Origin: Eledone cirrhosa
Taxonomy: Eukaryota
Assembly (NCBI GenBank): GCA_964016885.1
Contig: OZ024757.1
Location: forward strand, 4,588,001 to 4,652,000
Direction of reading: 5' to 3'
Length of the DNA: 64,000 nucleotides
Within the stretch, counting starts at the first letter, position 1. The number at the start of each line of letters is the position of its first letter. Below the pieces are notes generated by a model. The model ran no database searches. It was not told the DNA's origin and was given only the letters and a program-made list of their open reading frames with translations. Position numbers and translations under genes: made by a program. This document shows, one piece after another, positions 33,201 to 47,146 of the stretch.

Positions 33201-36200
33201 GGATACTTGTAGACATAATACAGATATAATACAATTACTGCTAGGACACTTGTAGATATAATACAGTTACTGCTAGGACACTAATAGATATAATACAATT
33301 ACTGCTAGAACACTTGTAGATATAATACAGTTACTGCTAGAACACTTGTAGATATAATACAGATATAATACAGTTACTGCTAGAACACTTGTAGATATAA
33401 TACAGTTACTGCTAGGACACTTATAGATATAATACTATTACTGCTAGGACACTTGTAGAATATAATACAGTTACTGCTAGGACACTTGTAGATATAATAC
33501 AGATATAATACAGTTACTGCTAGGACACTTGTAGATATAATACAGATATAATACAGTTACTGCTAGAACACTTGTAGATATAATACAGTTACTGCTAGGA
33601 CACTTGTAGTTATAATACAGATATAATACAGTTACTGCTAAGACACTTGTAGATATAATACAGTTACTGCTAGGACACTTGTAGATATGATACAGATATA
33701 ATACAGTTACTGCTAGGACACATGTAGATATAATACAGTTACTGCTAGGACACTTGTAGATATAATACAGATATAATACAGTTACTGCTAGGACACATCT
33801 AGATATAATACAGTTACTGCTAGGACACTTGTAGACATAATACAGGTATAATACAGTTACTGCTAGGACACTTGTAGATATAAGACATATATAATACAGT
33901 TACTGCTAGGACACTTGTAGATATAATACAGATATAATACAGATATAATACAGTTACTGCTAGGACACTTGTAGATATAATACAAATATAATACAGTTAC
34001 TGCTAGGACACTTGTAGATATAATACAGTTACTGCTAGGACACTTGTAGATATAATACAGTTACTGCTAGGACACTTGTAGATATAATATAGATATAATA
34101 CAGTTACTGCTAGAACACTTGTAGATATAATACAGTTACTGCTAGGACACTTGTAGAGATAATACAGATATAATACAGTTACTGCTAGAACACTTGTAGA
34201 TATAATACAGATATAATACAGTTACGGCTAGGACACTTGTAGATATAATACATATATAATACAATTACTGCTAGGACACTTGTAGATATAATACAGTTAC
34301 TGCTAGGACACTTGGAGATATAATACAGATATAATACAGTTACTGCTAGGACACTTATAGATATAATACAGATATAATACAGTTACTGCTAGGCCGCTTG
34401 TAGATATAATACAGTTACTGCTAGGACACTTGCAGATATAATACAGATATAATACAGTTACTGCTAGGACACTTGTAGATATAATACAGATATAATACAG
34501 TTACTGCTAGGACACTTGTAGATATAATACAGATATAATACAGTTACTGCTAGGACACTTGTAGATATAATACAGATATAATACAGTTACTGCTAAGACA
34601 CTTGTAGATATAATACAGATATAATACAGTTACTGCTAGGACACTTGTAGATATCATACAGATATAATACAATTACTGCTAGGACACTTGTATATATAAT
34701 ACAAATGTAATACAGTTACTGCTAGAACACTTGTAGATATAATACAGTTACTGTTAGGACACTTGCAGATATAATACAGATATAATACAGTTACTGCTAG
34801 GACACTTGTAGATATAATACAGATATAATACAATTACTGCTAGGACACTTGTAGATATAATACAAATATAATACAGTTACTGCTAGAACACTTGTAGATA
34901 TAATACAGATATAATACAATTACGGTTAGGACACTTGTAGATATAATACAATTACTGGTAGGACAATTGTAGATATAATACATATATAATACAGTTACTG
35001 CTAGGACACTTGTAGATATAATACAATTACTGTTAGGACAATTGTAGATATAATACAATTACTGTTAGGACACTTGCAGATATAATACATATATAATACA
35101 GTTACTGCTAGGACACTTGTAGATATAATACAATTACTGCTAGGACACTTGTAGATATAATACAATTACGGTTAGGACACTTGTAAATATAATACAGATA
35201 TAATACAGTTACTGTTAGGACACTTGTAGATATAATACAATTACTGCTAGGACACTTGTAGATATAATACAATTACTGCTAGGACACTTGTAGATATAAT
35301 ACAATTACTGTTAGCACACTTGCAGATATAATACAGATATAATACAGTTACTGCTAGGACACTTTTAGATATAATACAGATATAATACAGTTACTGCTAG
35401 GACACTTGTAGATATAATACAGATATAATACAGTTACTGCTAGAACACTTGTAGATATAATACAGATATAATACAGTTACTGCTAGAACACTTGTAGATA
35501 TAATACAGATATAATACAGTTACGGCTAGGACACTTGTAGATATAATACAAATATAATACAATGACTGCTAGGACACTTGTAGATATAATACAGTTACTG
35601 CTAGGACACTTGTAGATATAATACAGATATAATACAGTTACTGCTAGGACACTTGTAGATATAATACAGTTACTGCTAGGACACTTGCAGATATAATACA
35701 AATATAATACAGTTACTGCTAGGACACTTGTAGATATAATACAATTACTGCTAGGACACTTGTAGATATAATACAATTACTGTTAGGACACTTGCAGATA
35801 AAATACATATATAATACAGTTACTGCTAGGACACTTGTAGATATAATACAATTACTGCTAGGACACTTGTAGATATAATACAATTACGGTTAGGACACTT
35901 GTAGATATAATACAGATATAATACAGTTACTGTTAGGACACTTGTAGATATAATACAATTACTGGTAGGACACTTGCAGATATAATACAGATATAATACA
36001 GTTACTGCTAGGACACTAATAGATATAATACAATTACTGCTAGGACACTTGTAGATATAATACAATTACTGCTAGGACACTTGTAGATATGATACAATTA
36101 CTGTTAGGACACTTGCAGATATAATACAGATAAAATACAGTTACTGCTAGGACACTTTTAGATATAATACAGATATAATACAGATATAATACAGTTACTG

Positions 36201-39200
36201 CTAGGACACTTGTAGATATAATACAGATATAATACAGTTACTGCTAGAACACTTGTAGATATAATACAGATATAATACAGTTACTGCTAGGACACTTGTA
36301 GATATAATACAGTTACTGCTAGAACACTTGTAGATATAATACAGTTACTGCTAGGACACTTGTAGATATAATACAGATATAATACAGTTACTGCTAGAAC
36401 ACTTGTAGATATAATACAGTTACTGCTAGGACACTTGTAGATATAATACTATTACTGCTAGGACACTTGTAGAATATAATACAGTTACTGCTAGGACACT
36501 TGTAGATATAATACAGATATAATACAGTTACTGCTAGGACACTTGTAGATATAATACATATATAATACAGTTACTGCTAGAACACTTGTAGATATAATAC
36601 AGTTACTGCTAGGACACTTGTAGTTATAATACAGATATAATACAGTTACTGCTAAGACACTTGTAGATATAATACAGTTACTGCTAGGACACTTGTAGAT
36701 ATAATACAGTTACTGCTAGGACACTTGTAGATATGATACAGATATAATACAATTACTGATAGGACACTTGTTGATATAATACAGTTACTGCTAGGACACT
36801 TGTAGATATAATACAGTTACTGCTCGGACACTTGTAGATATAATACAGATATAATACAATTACTGATAGGACACTTGTAGATATATTACAGATATAATAC
36901 AATTACTGCTAGGACACTTGTAGATATAATACAGTTACTGCTAGGAGACTTGTAGATATAATACAGATATAATACAGTTACTGCTAGGACACTTGTAGAT
37001 ATAATACAGATATAATACAATTACTGCTAGGACACTTGTAGATATAATACAGATATAATACAGTTACTGCTAGGACACTTGTAGATATAATACAGATATA
37101 ATACTGTTACTGCTAGGACACTTGTAGATATAATACAATTACTGCTAGGACACTTGTAGATATAATACAGTTACTGCTAGGACACTTATAGATATAATAC
37201 AGATACTGCTAGGAGACTTGTAAATATAATACAGATATAATACAGTTACTGCTAGGATACTTGTAGATATAAAATTACTGCTAGGACACTTGTAGATATA
37301 ATACAGATATAATACAGTTACTGCTAGGATACTTGTAGACATAATACAGATATAATACAATTACTGCTAGGACACTTGTAGATATAATACAGTTACTGCT
37401 AGGACACTAGTAGATATAATACAATTACTGCTGGGACACTTGTAGATATAATACAGTTACTGCTAGGAGACTTGTAGATATAATACAGATATAATACAAT
37501 TACTGCTAGGACATTGCAGATATAATACAGTTACTGCTAGGACACTTGTAGATATAATACGGTTACTGCTAGGACACTTGTAGATAAAATACAGATTTAT
37601 TACAGTTACTGCTAGGACACTTGTAGATATAATACAGATATAATACAATTACAGCTAGGACACTTGTAGACATAATACAGATATAATAGAGTTACTACTA
37701 GGACACTTGTAGACATAATACAGATATAATAGAGTTACTACTAGGACACTTGTAGATATAATACAGATATAATACAGTTACTGCTAGGACACTTGTAGAT
37801 ATAATACAGTTACTGCTAGGACACTTGTTGATATAATACAGTTATAATACAGTTGCTGCTAGGACATTTGTAGATATAATACATTTACTGCTAGGACACT
37901 TGTAATTATAATACAGATATAATAGTTACAGCTAGGACACTTGTAGATATAATACAGCTATAATACAGTTACTACTAGGACACTTGTAGATATAATACAA
38001 TTACTGCTAGGACACTTGTAGATATAATACAGTTACTGCTAGGACACTAATAGATATAAAACAATTACTGCTGGGACACTTGTCGATATAATACAGTTAC
38101 TGCTGGGACACTTGTAGATATAATACAGTTACTGCTAGGAGACTTGTAGATATAATACAGATATAATACAATTACTGATAGGACACTTATAGATATATTA
38201 CAGATATAATACAATTACTGCTAGGACACTTGTAGATATAATACAGATATAATACAGTTACTGCTAGGATACTTGTAGACATAATACAGATATAATACAA
38301 TTACTGCTAGGACACTTGTAGATATAATACAGTTACTGCTAGGACACTAATAGATATAATACAATTACTGCTGTGATACTTGTAGATATAATACAGTTAC
38401 TGCTAGGAGACTTGTAGATGTAATACAGATATAATACAATTACTGCTAGGACATTGCAGATATAATACAGATATAATACAGTTACTGCTAGGACACTTGT
38501 AGATATAATACGGTTACTGCTAGGACACTTGTAGATATAATACAGATATAATACAATTACAGCTAGGACACTTGTAGATATAATACAGTTACTGCTAGGA
38601 CACTTGTAGATATAATACAGATATAATACAATTACTGCTAGGACACTTGTAGATATAATACAGTTACTACTAGGACACTAATAGATATAATACAATTACT
38701 GCTAGGACACTTGTAGATATAATACATATATAATACAGTTACTGCCAGGACACATAGATATAATACAGATATAATACAGTTACTGCTAGGACACTTGTAG
38801 ATATAATACAGTTACTGCTAAGACACTTGTAGATATAATACAGTTACTGCTAGGACACTTGTAGATATAATACAGTTACTGCTAGGACACTTGTAGACAT
38901 AATACAGATATAATAGAGTTATTGCTAGGACACTTGTAGATATAATACAGTTACTGCTAGAATACCTGTAGATATAATATAGATATAATAGAGTTACTAC
39001 TAGGACACTTGTAGATATAATACAGATATAATACAGTTACTGCTAGGACACTTGTAGATATAATACAGTTACTGCTAGGACACTTGTTGATATAATACAG
39101 TTATAATACAGTTGCTGCTAGGACATTTGTAGATATAATACATTTACTGCTAGGACACTTGTAATTATAATACAGATATAATAGTTACTGCTAGGACACT

Positions 39201-42200
39201 TGTAGATATAACACAGCTATAATACAGTTACTACTAGGACACTTGTAGATATAATACAATTACTGCTAGGACACTTGTAGATATAATACAGTTACTGCTA
39301 GGACACTAATAGATATAAAACAATTACTGCTGGGACACTTGTAGATATAATACAGTTACTGCTGGGACACTTGTAGATATAATACAGTTACTGCTAGGAG
39401 ACTTGTAGATATAATACAGATATAATACAATTACTGATAGGACACTTGTAGATATAATACAGTTACTGCTAGGACACTTGTAGATATAATACAGTTACTG
39501 CTCGGACACTTGTAGATATAATACAGATATAATACAATTACTGATAGGACATTTGTAGGACATATTACAGATATAATACAATTACTGCTAGGACACTTGT
39601 AGATATAATACAGTTACTGCTAGGAGACTTGTAGATATAATACAGATATAATACAGTTACTGCTAGGACACTTGTAGATATAGTACAGTTACTGCTAGGA
39701 CACTTGTAGATATAATACAGATATAATACTGTTACTGCTAGGACACTTGTAGATATAATACGATTACTGCTAGGACACTTGTAGATATAATACAGTTACT
39801 GCTAGGACACTTGTAGATATAATACAGATATAATACAATTACTGCTAGGACACTTGTAGATATAATACAGATATAATACAGTTACTGCTAGGACACTTGT
39901 AGATATAATACAGATATAATACTGTTACTGCTAGGACACTTGTAGATATAATACAATTACTGCTAGGACACTTGTAGATATAATACAGTTACTGCTAGGA
40001 CACTTATAGATATAATACAGATACTGCTAGGACACTTGTAAATATAATACAGATATAATACAGTTACTGCTAGGATACTTGTAGATATAAAATTACTGCT
40101 AGGACACTTGTAGATATAATACAGATATAATACAGTTACTGCTAGGATACTTGTAGACATAATACAGATATAATACAATTACTGCTAGGACACTTGTAGA
40201 TATAATACAGTTACTGCTAGGACACTAATAGATATAATACAATTACTGCTGGGACACTTGTAGATATAATACAGTTACTGCTAGAACACTTGTAGATATA
40301 ATACAGATATAATACAGTTACTGCTAGAACACTTGTAGATATAATACAGTTACTGCTAGGACACTTATAGATATAATACTATTACTGCTAGGACACTTGT
40401 AGAATATAATACAGTTACTGCTAGGATACTTGTAGACATAATACAGATATAATACAATTACTGCTAGGACACTTGTAGATATAATACAGTTACTGCTAGG
40501 ACACTAATAGATATAATACAATTACTGCTAGAACACTTGTAGATATAATACAGTTACTGCTAGAACACTTGTAGATATAATACAGATATAATACAGTTAC
40601 TGCTAGAACACTTGTAGATATAATACAGTTACTGCTAGGACACTTATAGATATAATACTATTACTGCTAGGACACTTGTAGAATATAATACAGTTACTGC
40701 TAGGACACTTGTAGATATAATACAGATATAATACAGTTACTGCTAGGACACTTGTAGATATAATACAGATATAATACAGTTACTGCTAGAACACTTGTAG
40801 ATATAATACAGTTACTGCTAGGACACTTGTAGTTATAATACAGATATAATACAGTTACTGCTAAGACACTTGTAGATATAATACAGTTACTGCTAGGACA
40901 CTTGTAGATATGATACAGATATAATACAGTTACTGCTAGGACACATGTAGATATAATACAGTTACTGCTAGGACACTTGTAGATATAATACAGATATAAT
41001 ACAGTTACTGCTAGGACACATCTAGATATAATACAGTTACTGCTAGGACACTTGTAGACATAATACAGGTATAATACAGTTACTGCTAGGACACTTGTAG
41101 ATATAAGACATATATAATACAGTTACTGCTAGGACACTTGTAGATATAATACAGATATAATACAGATATAATACAGTTACTGCTAGGACACTTGTAGATA
41201 TAATACAAATATAATACAGTTACTGCTAGGACACTTGTAGATATAATACAGTTACTGCTAGGACACTTGTAGATATAATACAGTTACTGCTAGGACACTT
41301 GTAGATATAATATAGATATAATACAGTTACTGCTAGAACACTTGTAGATATAATACAGTTACTGCTAGGACACTTGTAGAGATAATACAGATATAATACA
41401 GTTACTGCTAGAACACTTGTAGATATAATACAGATATAATACAGTTACGGCTAGGACACTTGTAGATATAATACATATATAATACAATTACTGCTAGGAC
41501 ACTTGTAGATATAATACAGTTACTGCTAGGACACTTGGAGATATAATACAGATATAATACAGTTACTGCTAGGACACTTATAGATATAATACAGATATAA
41601 TACAGTTACTGCTAGGCCGCTTGTAGATATAATACAGTTACTGCTAGGACACTTGCAGATATAATACAGATATAATACAGTTACTGCTAGGACACTTGTA
41701 GATATAATACAGATATAATACAGTTACTGCTAGGACACTTGTAGATATAATACAGATATAATACAGTTACTGCTAGGACACTTGTAGATATAATACAGAT
41801 ATAATACAGTTACTGCTAAGACACTTGTAGATATAATACAGATATAATACAGTTACTGCTAGGACACTTGTAGATATCATACAGATATAATACAATTACT
41901 GCTAGGACACTTGTATATATAATACAAATGTAATACAGTTACTGCTAGAACACTTGTAGATATAATACAGTTACTGTTAGGACACTTGCAGATATAATAC
42001 AGATATAATACAGTTACTGCTAGGACACTTGTAGATATAATACAGATATAATACAATTACTGCTAGGACACTTGTAGATATAATACAAATATAATACAGT
42101 TACTGCTAGAACACTTGTAGATATAATACAGATATAATACAATTACGGTTAGGACACTTGTAGATATAATACAATTACTGGTAGGACAATTGTAGATATA

Positions 42201-42960
42201 ATACATATATAATACAGTTACTGCTAGGACACTTGTAGATATAATACAATTACTGTTAGGACAATTGTAGATATAATACAATTACTGATAGGACACTTGC
42301 AGATATAATACATATATAATACAGTTACTGCTAGGACACTTGTAGATATAATACAATTACTGCTAGGACACTTGTAGATATAATACAATTACGGTTAGGA
42401 CACTTGTAAATATAATACAGATATAATACAGTTACTGTTAGGACACTTGTAGATATAATACAATTACTGCTAGGACACTTGTAGATATAATACAATTACT
42501 GCTAGGACACTTGTAGATATAATACAATTACTGTTAGCACACTTGCAGATATAATACAGATATAATACAGTTACTGCTAGGACACTTTTAGATATAATAC
42601 AGATATAATACAGTTACTGCTAGGACACTTGTAGATATAATACAGATATAATACAGTTACTGCTAGAACACTTGTAGATATAATACAGATATAATACAGT
42701 TACTGCTAGAACACTTGTAGATATAATACAGATATAATACAGTTACGGCTAGGACACTTGTAGATATAATACAAATATAATACAATGACTGCTAGGACAC
42801 TTGTAGATATAATACAGTTACTGCTAGGACACTTGTAGATATAATACAGATATAATACAGTTACTGCTAGGACACTTGTAGATATAATACAGTTACTGCT
42901 AGGACACTTGCAGATATAATACAAATATAATACAGTTACTGCTAGGACACTTGTAGATAT
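29850..42960. repeat. 7223-bp higher-order duplication (about 29850-35740 vs 37070-42960)
   Basis: ORF pairs 29922/37145, 30240/37463, 32740/39963, 34840/42063 and 35483/42706. Private markers AGGCCGCTTG and TATAAGACATAT occur in both copies. Confidence 0.88.
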
Positions 42961-45900
42961 AATACAATTATTGTTAGGACACTTGCAGATATAATACAGA
43001 TATAATACAGTTACTGCTAGGACACTTGTAGATATAATACAGATATAATACAGTTACTGCTAGGACACTTGTAGATATAATACAGATATAATACAGTTAC
43101 TGCTAGGACACTTGTAGATATAATACAGATATAATACAGTTACTGCGAAGACACTTGTAGATATAATACACATATAATACAGTTACTGCTAGGACACTTG
43201 TAGATATAATACAGATATAATACAATTACTGCTAGGACACTTGTAGATATAATACAAATATAATACAGTTACTGCTAGAACACTTGTAGATATAATACAG
43301 TTACTGTTAGGACACTTGCAGATATAATACAGATATAATACAGTTACTGCTAGGACACTTGTAGATATAATACAGATATAATACAATTACTGCTAGGACA
43401 CTTGTAGATATAATACAAATATAATACAGTTACTGCTAGAACACTTGCAGATATAATACAGATATAATACAGTTACTGTTAGGACACTTGTAGATATAAT
43501 ACAATTACTGGTAGGACACTTGCAGATATAATACAGATATAATACAGTTACTGCTAGGACACTTGTAGATATAATACAATTACTGCTAGGACACTTGTAG
43601 ATATAATACAATTACTGTTAGGACACTTGCAGATAAAATACATATATAATACAGTTACTGCTAGGACAGTTGTAGATATAATACAATTACTGCTAGGACA
43701 CTTGTAGATATAATACAATTACGGTTAGGACACTTGTAGATATAATACAGATATAATACAGTTACTGTTAGGACACTTGTAGATATAATACAATTACTGG
43801 TAGGACACTTGCAGATATAATACAGATATAATACAGTTACTGCTAGGACACTAATAGATATAATACAATTACTGCTAGGACACTTGTAGATATAATACAA
43901 TTACTGCTAGGACACTTGTAGATATGATACAATTACTGTTAGGACACTTGCAGATATAATACAGATGAAATACAGTTACTGCTAGGACACTTTTAGATAT
44001 AATACAGATATAATACAGTTACTGCTAGGACACTTGTAGATATAATACAGATATAATACAGTTACTGCTAGAACACTTGTAGATATAATACAGATATAAT
44101 ACAGTTACTGCTAGGACACTTGTAGATATAATACAGTTACTGCTAGAACACTTGTAGATATAATACAGTTACTGCTAGGACACTTGTAGATATAATACAG
44201 ATATAATACAGTTACTGCTAGAACACTTGTAGATATAATACAGTTACTGCTAGGACACTTGTAGATATAATACTATTACTGCTAGGACACTTGTAGAATA
44301 TAATACAGTTACTGCTAGGACACTTGTAGATATAATACAGATATAATACAGTTACTGCTAGGACACTTGTAGATATAATACATATATAATACAGTTACTG
44401 CTAGAACACTTGTAGATATAATACAGTTACTGCTAGGACACTTGTAGTTATAATACAGATATAATACAGTTACTGCTAAGACACTTGTAGATATAATACA
44501 GTTACTGCTAGGACACTTGTAGATATAATACAGTTACTGCTAGGACACTTGTAGATATGATACAGATATAATACAATTACTGATAGGACACTTGTTGATA
44601 TAATACAGTTACTGCTAGGACACTTGTAGATATAATACAGTTACTGCTCGGACACTTGTAGATATAATACAGATATAATACAATTACTGATAGGACACTT
44701 GTAGATATATTACAGATATAATACAATTACTGCTAGGACACTTGTAGATATAATACAGTTACTGCTAGGAGACTTGTAGATATAATACAGATATAATACA
44801 GTTACTGCTAGGACACTTGTAGATATAATACAGATATAATACAATTACTGCTAGGACACTTGTAGATATAATACAGATATAATACAGTTACTGCTAGGAC
44901 ACTTGTAGATATAATACAGATATAATACTGTTACTGCTAGGACACTTGTAGATATAATACAATTACTGCTAGGACACTTGTAGATATAATACAGTTACTG
45001 CTAGGACACTTATAGATATAATACAGATACTGCTAGGACACTTGTAAATATAATACAGATATAATACAGTTACTGCTAGGATACTTGTAGATATAAAATT
45101 ACTGCTAGGACACTTGTAGATATAATACAGATATAATACAGTTACTGCTAGGATACTTGTAGACATAATACAGATATAATACAATTACTGCTAGGACACT
45201 TGTAGATATAATACAGTTACTGCTAGGACACTAATAGATATAATACAATTACTGCTGGGACACTTGTAGATATAATACAGTTACTGCTAGGAGACTTGTA
45301 GATATAATACAGATATAATACAATTACTGCTAGGACATTGCAGATATAATACAGTTACTGCTAGGACACTTGTAGATATAATACGGTTACTGCTAGGACA
45401 CTTGTAGATATAATACAGATTTATTACAGTTACTGCTAGGACACTTGTAGATATAATACAGATATAATACAATTACAGCTAGTACACTTGTAGACATAAT
45501 ACAGATATAATAGAGTTACTACTAGGACACTTGTAGACATAATACAGATATAATAGAGTTACTACTAGGACACTTGTAGATATAATACAGATATAATACA
45601 GTTACTGCTAGGACACTTGTAGATATAATACAGTTACTGCTAGGACACTTGTTGATATAATACAGTTATAATACAGTTGCTGCTAGGACATTTGTAGATA
45701 TAATACGTTTACTGCTAGGACACTTGTAATTATAATACAGATATAATAGTTACAGCTAGGACACTTGTAGATATAATACAGCTATAATACAGTTACTACT
45801 AGGACACTTGTAGATATAATACAATTACTGCTAGGACACTTGTAGATATAATACAGTTACTGCTAGGACACTAATAGATATAAAACAATTACTGCTGGGA

Positions 45901-46958
45901 CACTTGTAGATATAATACAGTTACTGCTGGGACACTTGTAGATATAATACAGTTACTGCTAGGAGACTTGTAGATATAATACAGATATAATACAATTACT
46001 GATAGGACACTTGTAGATATATTACAGATATAATACAATTACTGCTAGGACACTTGTAGATATAATACAGATATAATACAGTTACTGCTAGGATACTTGT
46101 AGACATAATACAGATATAATACAATTACTGCTAGGACACTTGTAGATATAATACAGTTACTGCTAGGACACTAATAGATATAATACAATTACTGCTGTGA
46201 TACTTGTAGATATAATACAGTTACTGCTAGGAAACTTGTAGATGTAATACAGATATAATACAATTACTGCTAGGACATTGCAGATATAATACAGATATAA
46301 TACAGTTACTGCTAGGACACTTGTAGATATAATACGGTTACTGCTAGGACACTTGTAGATATAATACAGATATAATACAATTACAGCTAGGACACTTGTA
46401 GATATAATACAGTTACTGCTAGGACACTTGTAGATATAATACAGATATAATACAATTACTGCTAGGACACTTGTAGATATAATACAGTTACTACTAGGAC
46501 ACTAATAGATATAATACAATTACTGCTAGAACACTTGTAGATATAATACATATATAATACAGTTACTGCCAGGACACATAGATATAATACAGATATAATA
46601 CAGTTACTGCTAGGACACTTGTGGATATAATACACTTACTGCTAAGACACTTGTAGATATAATACAGTTACTGCTAGGACACTTGTAGACATAATACAGA
46701 TATAATAGAGTTATTGCTAGGACACTTGTAGATATAATACAGTTACTGCTAGAATACCTGTAGATATAATATAGATATAAATAGAGTTACTACTAGGACA
46801 CTTGTAGATATAATACAGATATAATACAGTTACTTCTAGGACACTTGTAGATATAATACAGTTACTGCTAGGACACTTGTTGATATAATACAGTTATAAT
46901 ACAGTTGCTGCTAGGACATTTGTAGATATAATACATTTACTGCTAGGACACTTGTAAT

Positions 46959-46975
46959 TATAATACAGATATAAT
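46959..46975 (+). repeat. Target-site duplication TATAATACAGATATAAT, left copy for SINE 1 (right copy 47163-47179)
   Basis: Filled site: CTTGTAAT-TATAATACAGATATAAT-[insert]-TATAATACAGATATAAT-AGTTACTGCT. The empty paralogous site at 31943-31959 has the 17-mer once between the same flanks. Confidence 0.92.
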
Positions 46976-47074
46976 TGTTTCTACATTTGGCACAAGGCCA
47001 GCAATTACCCAGTACGTTACTGGTACTTTATTTTATCGACCCCGTAAGGATGAAAGGCAAAGTTAACCTCGGCA

Positions 47075-47086
47075 GGATTTGAACTC
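47075..47086 (-). promoter_or_regulatory. RNA polymerase III internal promoter B box of the SINE (second copy 60614-60625)
   Basis: Minus-strand GAGTTCAAATCC fits GTTCRANNCC, about 48 nt downstream of the A box. Confidence 0.8.
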
Positions 47087-47134
47087 AGATCGTAAGGCGA
47101 CGTAACTATGCTGGAAAGCATGTCCGACCCTCTA

Positions 47135-47146
47135 CCGATACTGCCA
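47135..47146 (-). promoter_or_regulatory. RNA polymerase III internal promoter A box of the SINE (second copy 60674-60685)
   Basis: Minus-strand TGGCAGTATCGG resembles TRGCNNARYGG and lies about 10 nt inside the GGCGG head, as in tRNA-derived elements. Confidence 0.7.

Larger units (their letters stand above)
1..46975. repeat. Satellite/minisatellite tandem array, monomer GTTACTGCTAGGACACTTGTA(GATATAATACA)1-3 (32/43/54 bp); continues beyond the left edge
   Basis: Uninterrupted head-to-tail repetition of the same 21-bp core plus a variable number of 11-mers. Only point variants and rare 1-3 bp indels interrupt it. The consensus has no CpG. Confidence 0.99.

Noticed and set aside
47016-47025. 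GTTACTGGTA inside the SINE matches satellite GTTACTGCTA at 9 of 10 positions, suggesting the satellite derives from the SINE
   Set aside because: The match is too short and does not extend on either side, so it is compatible with chance.
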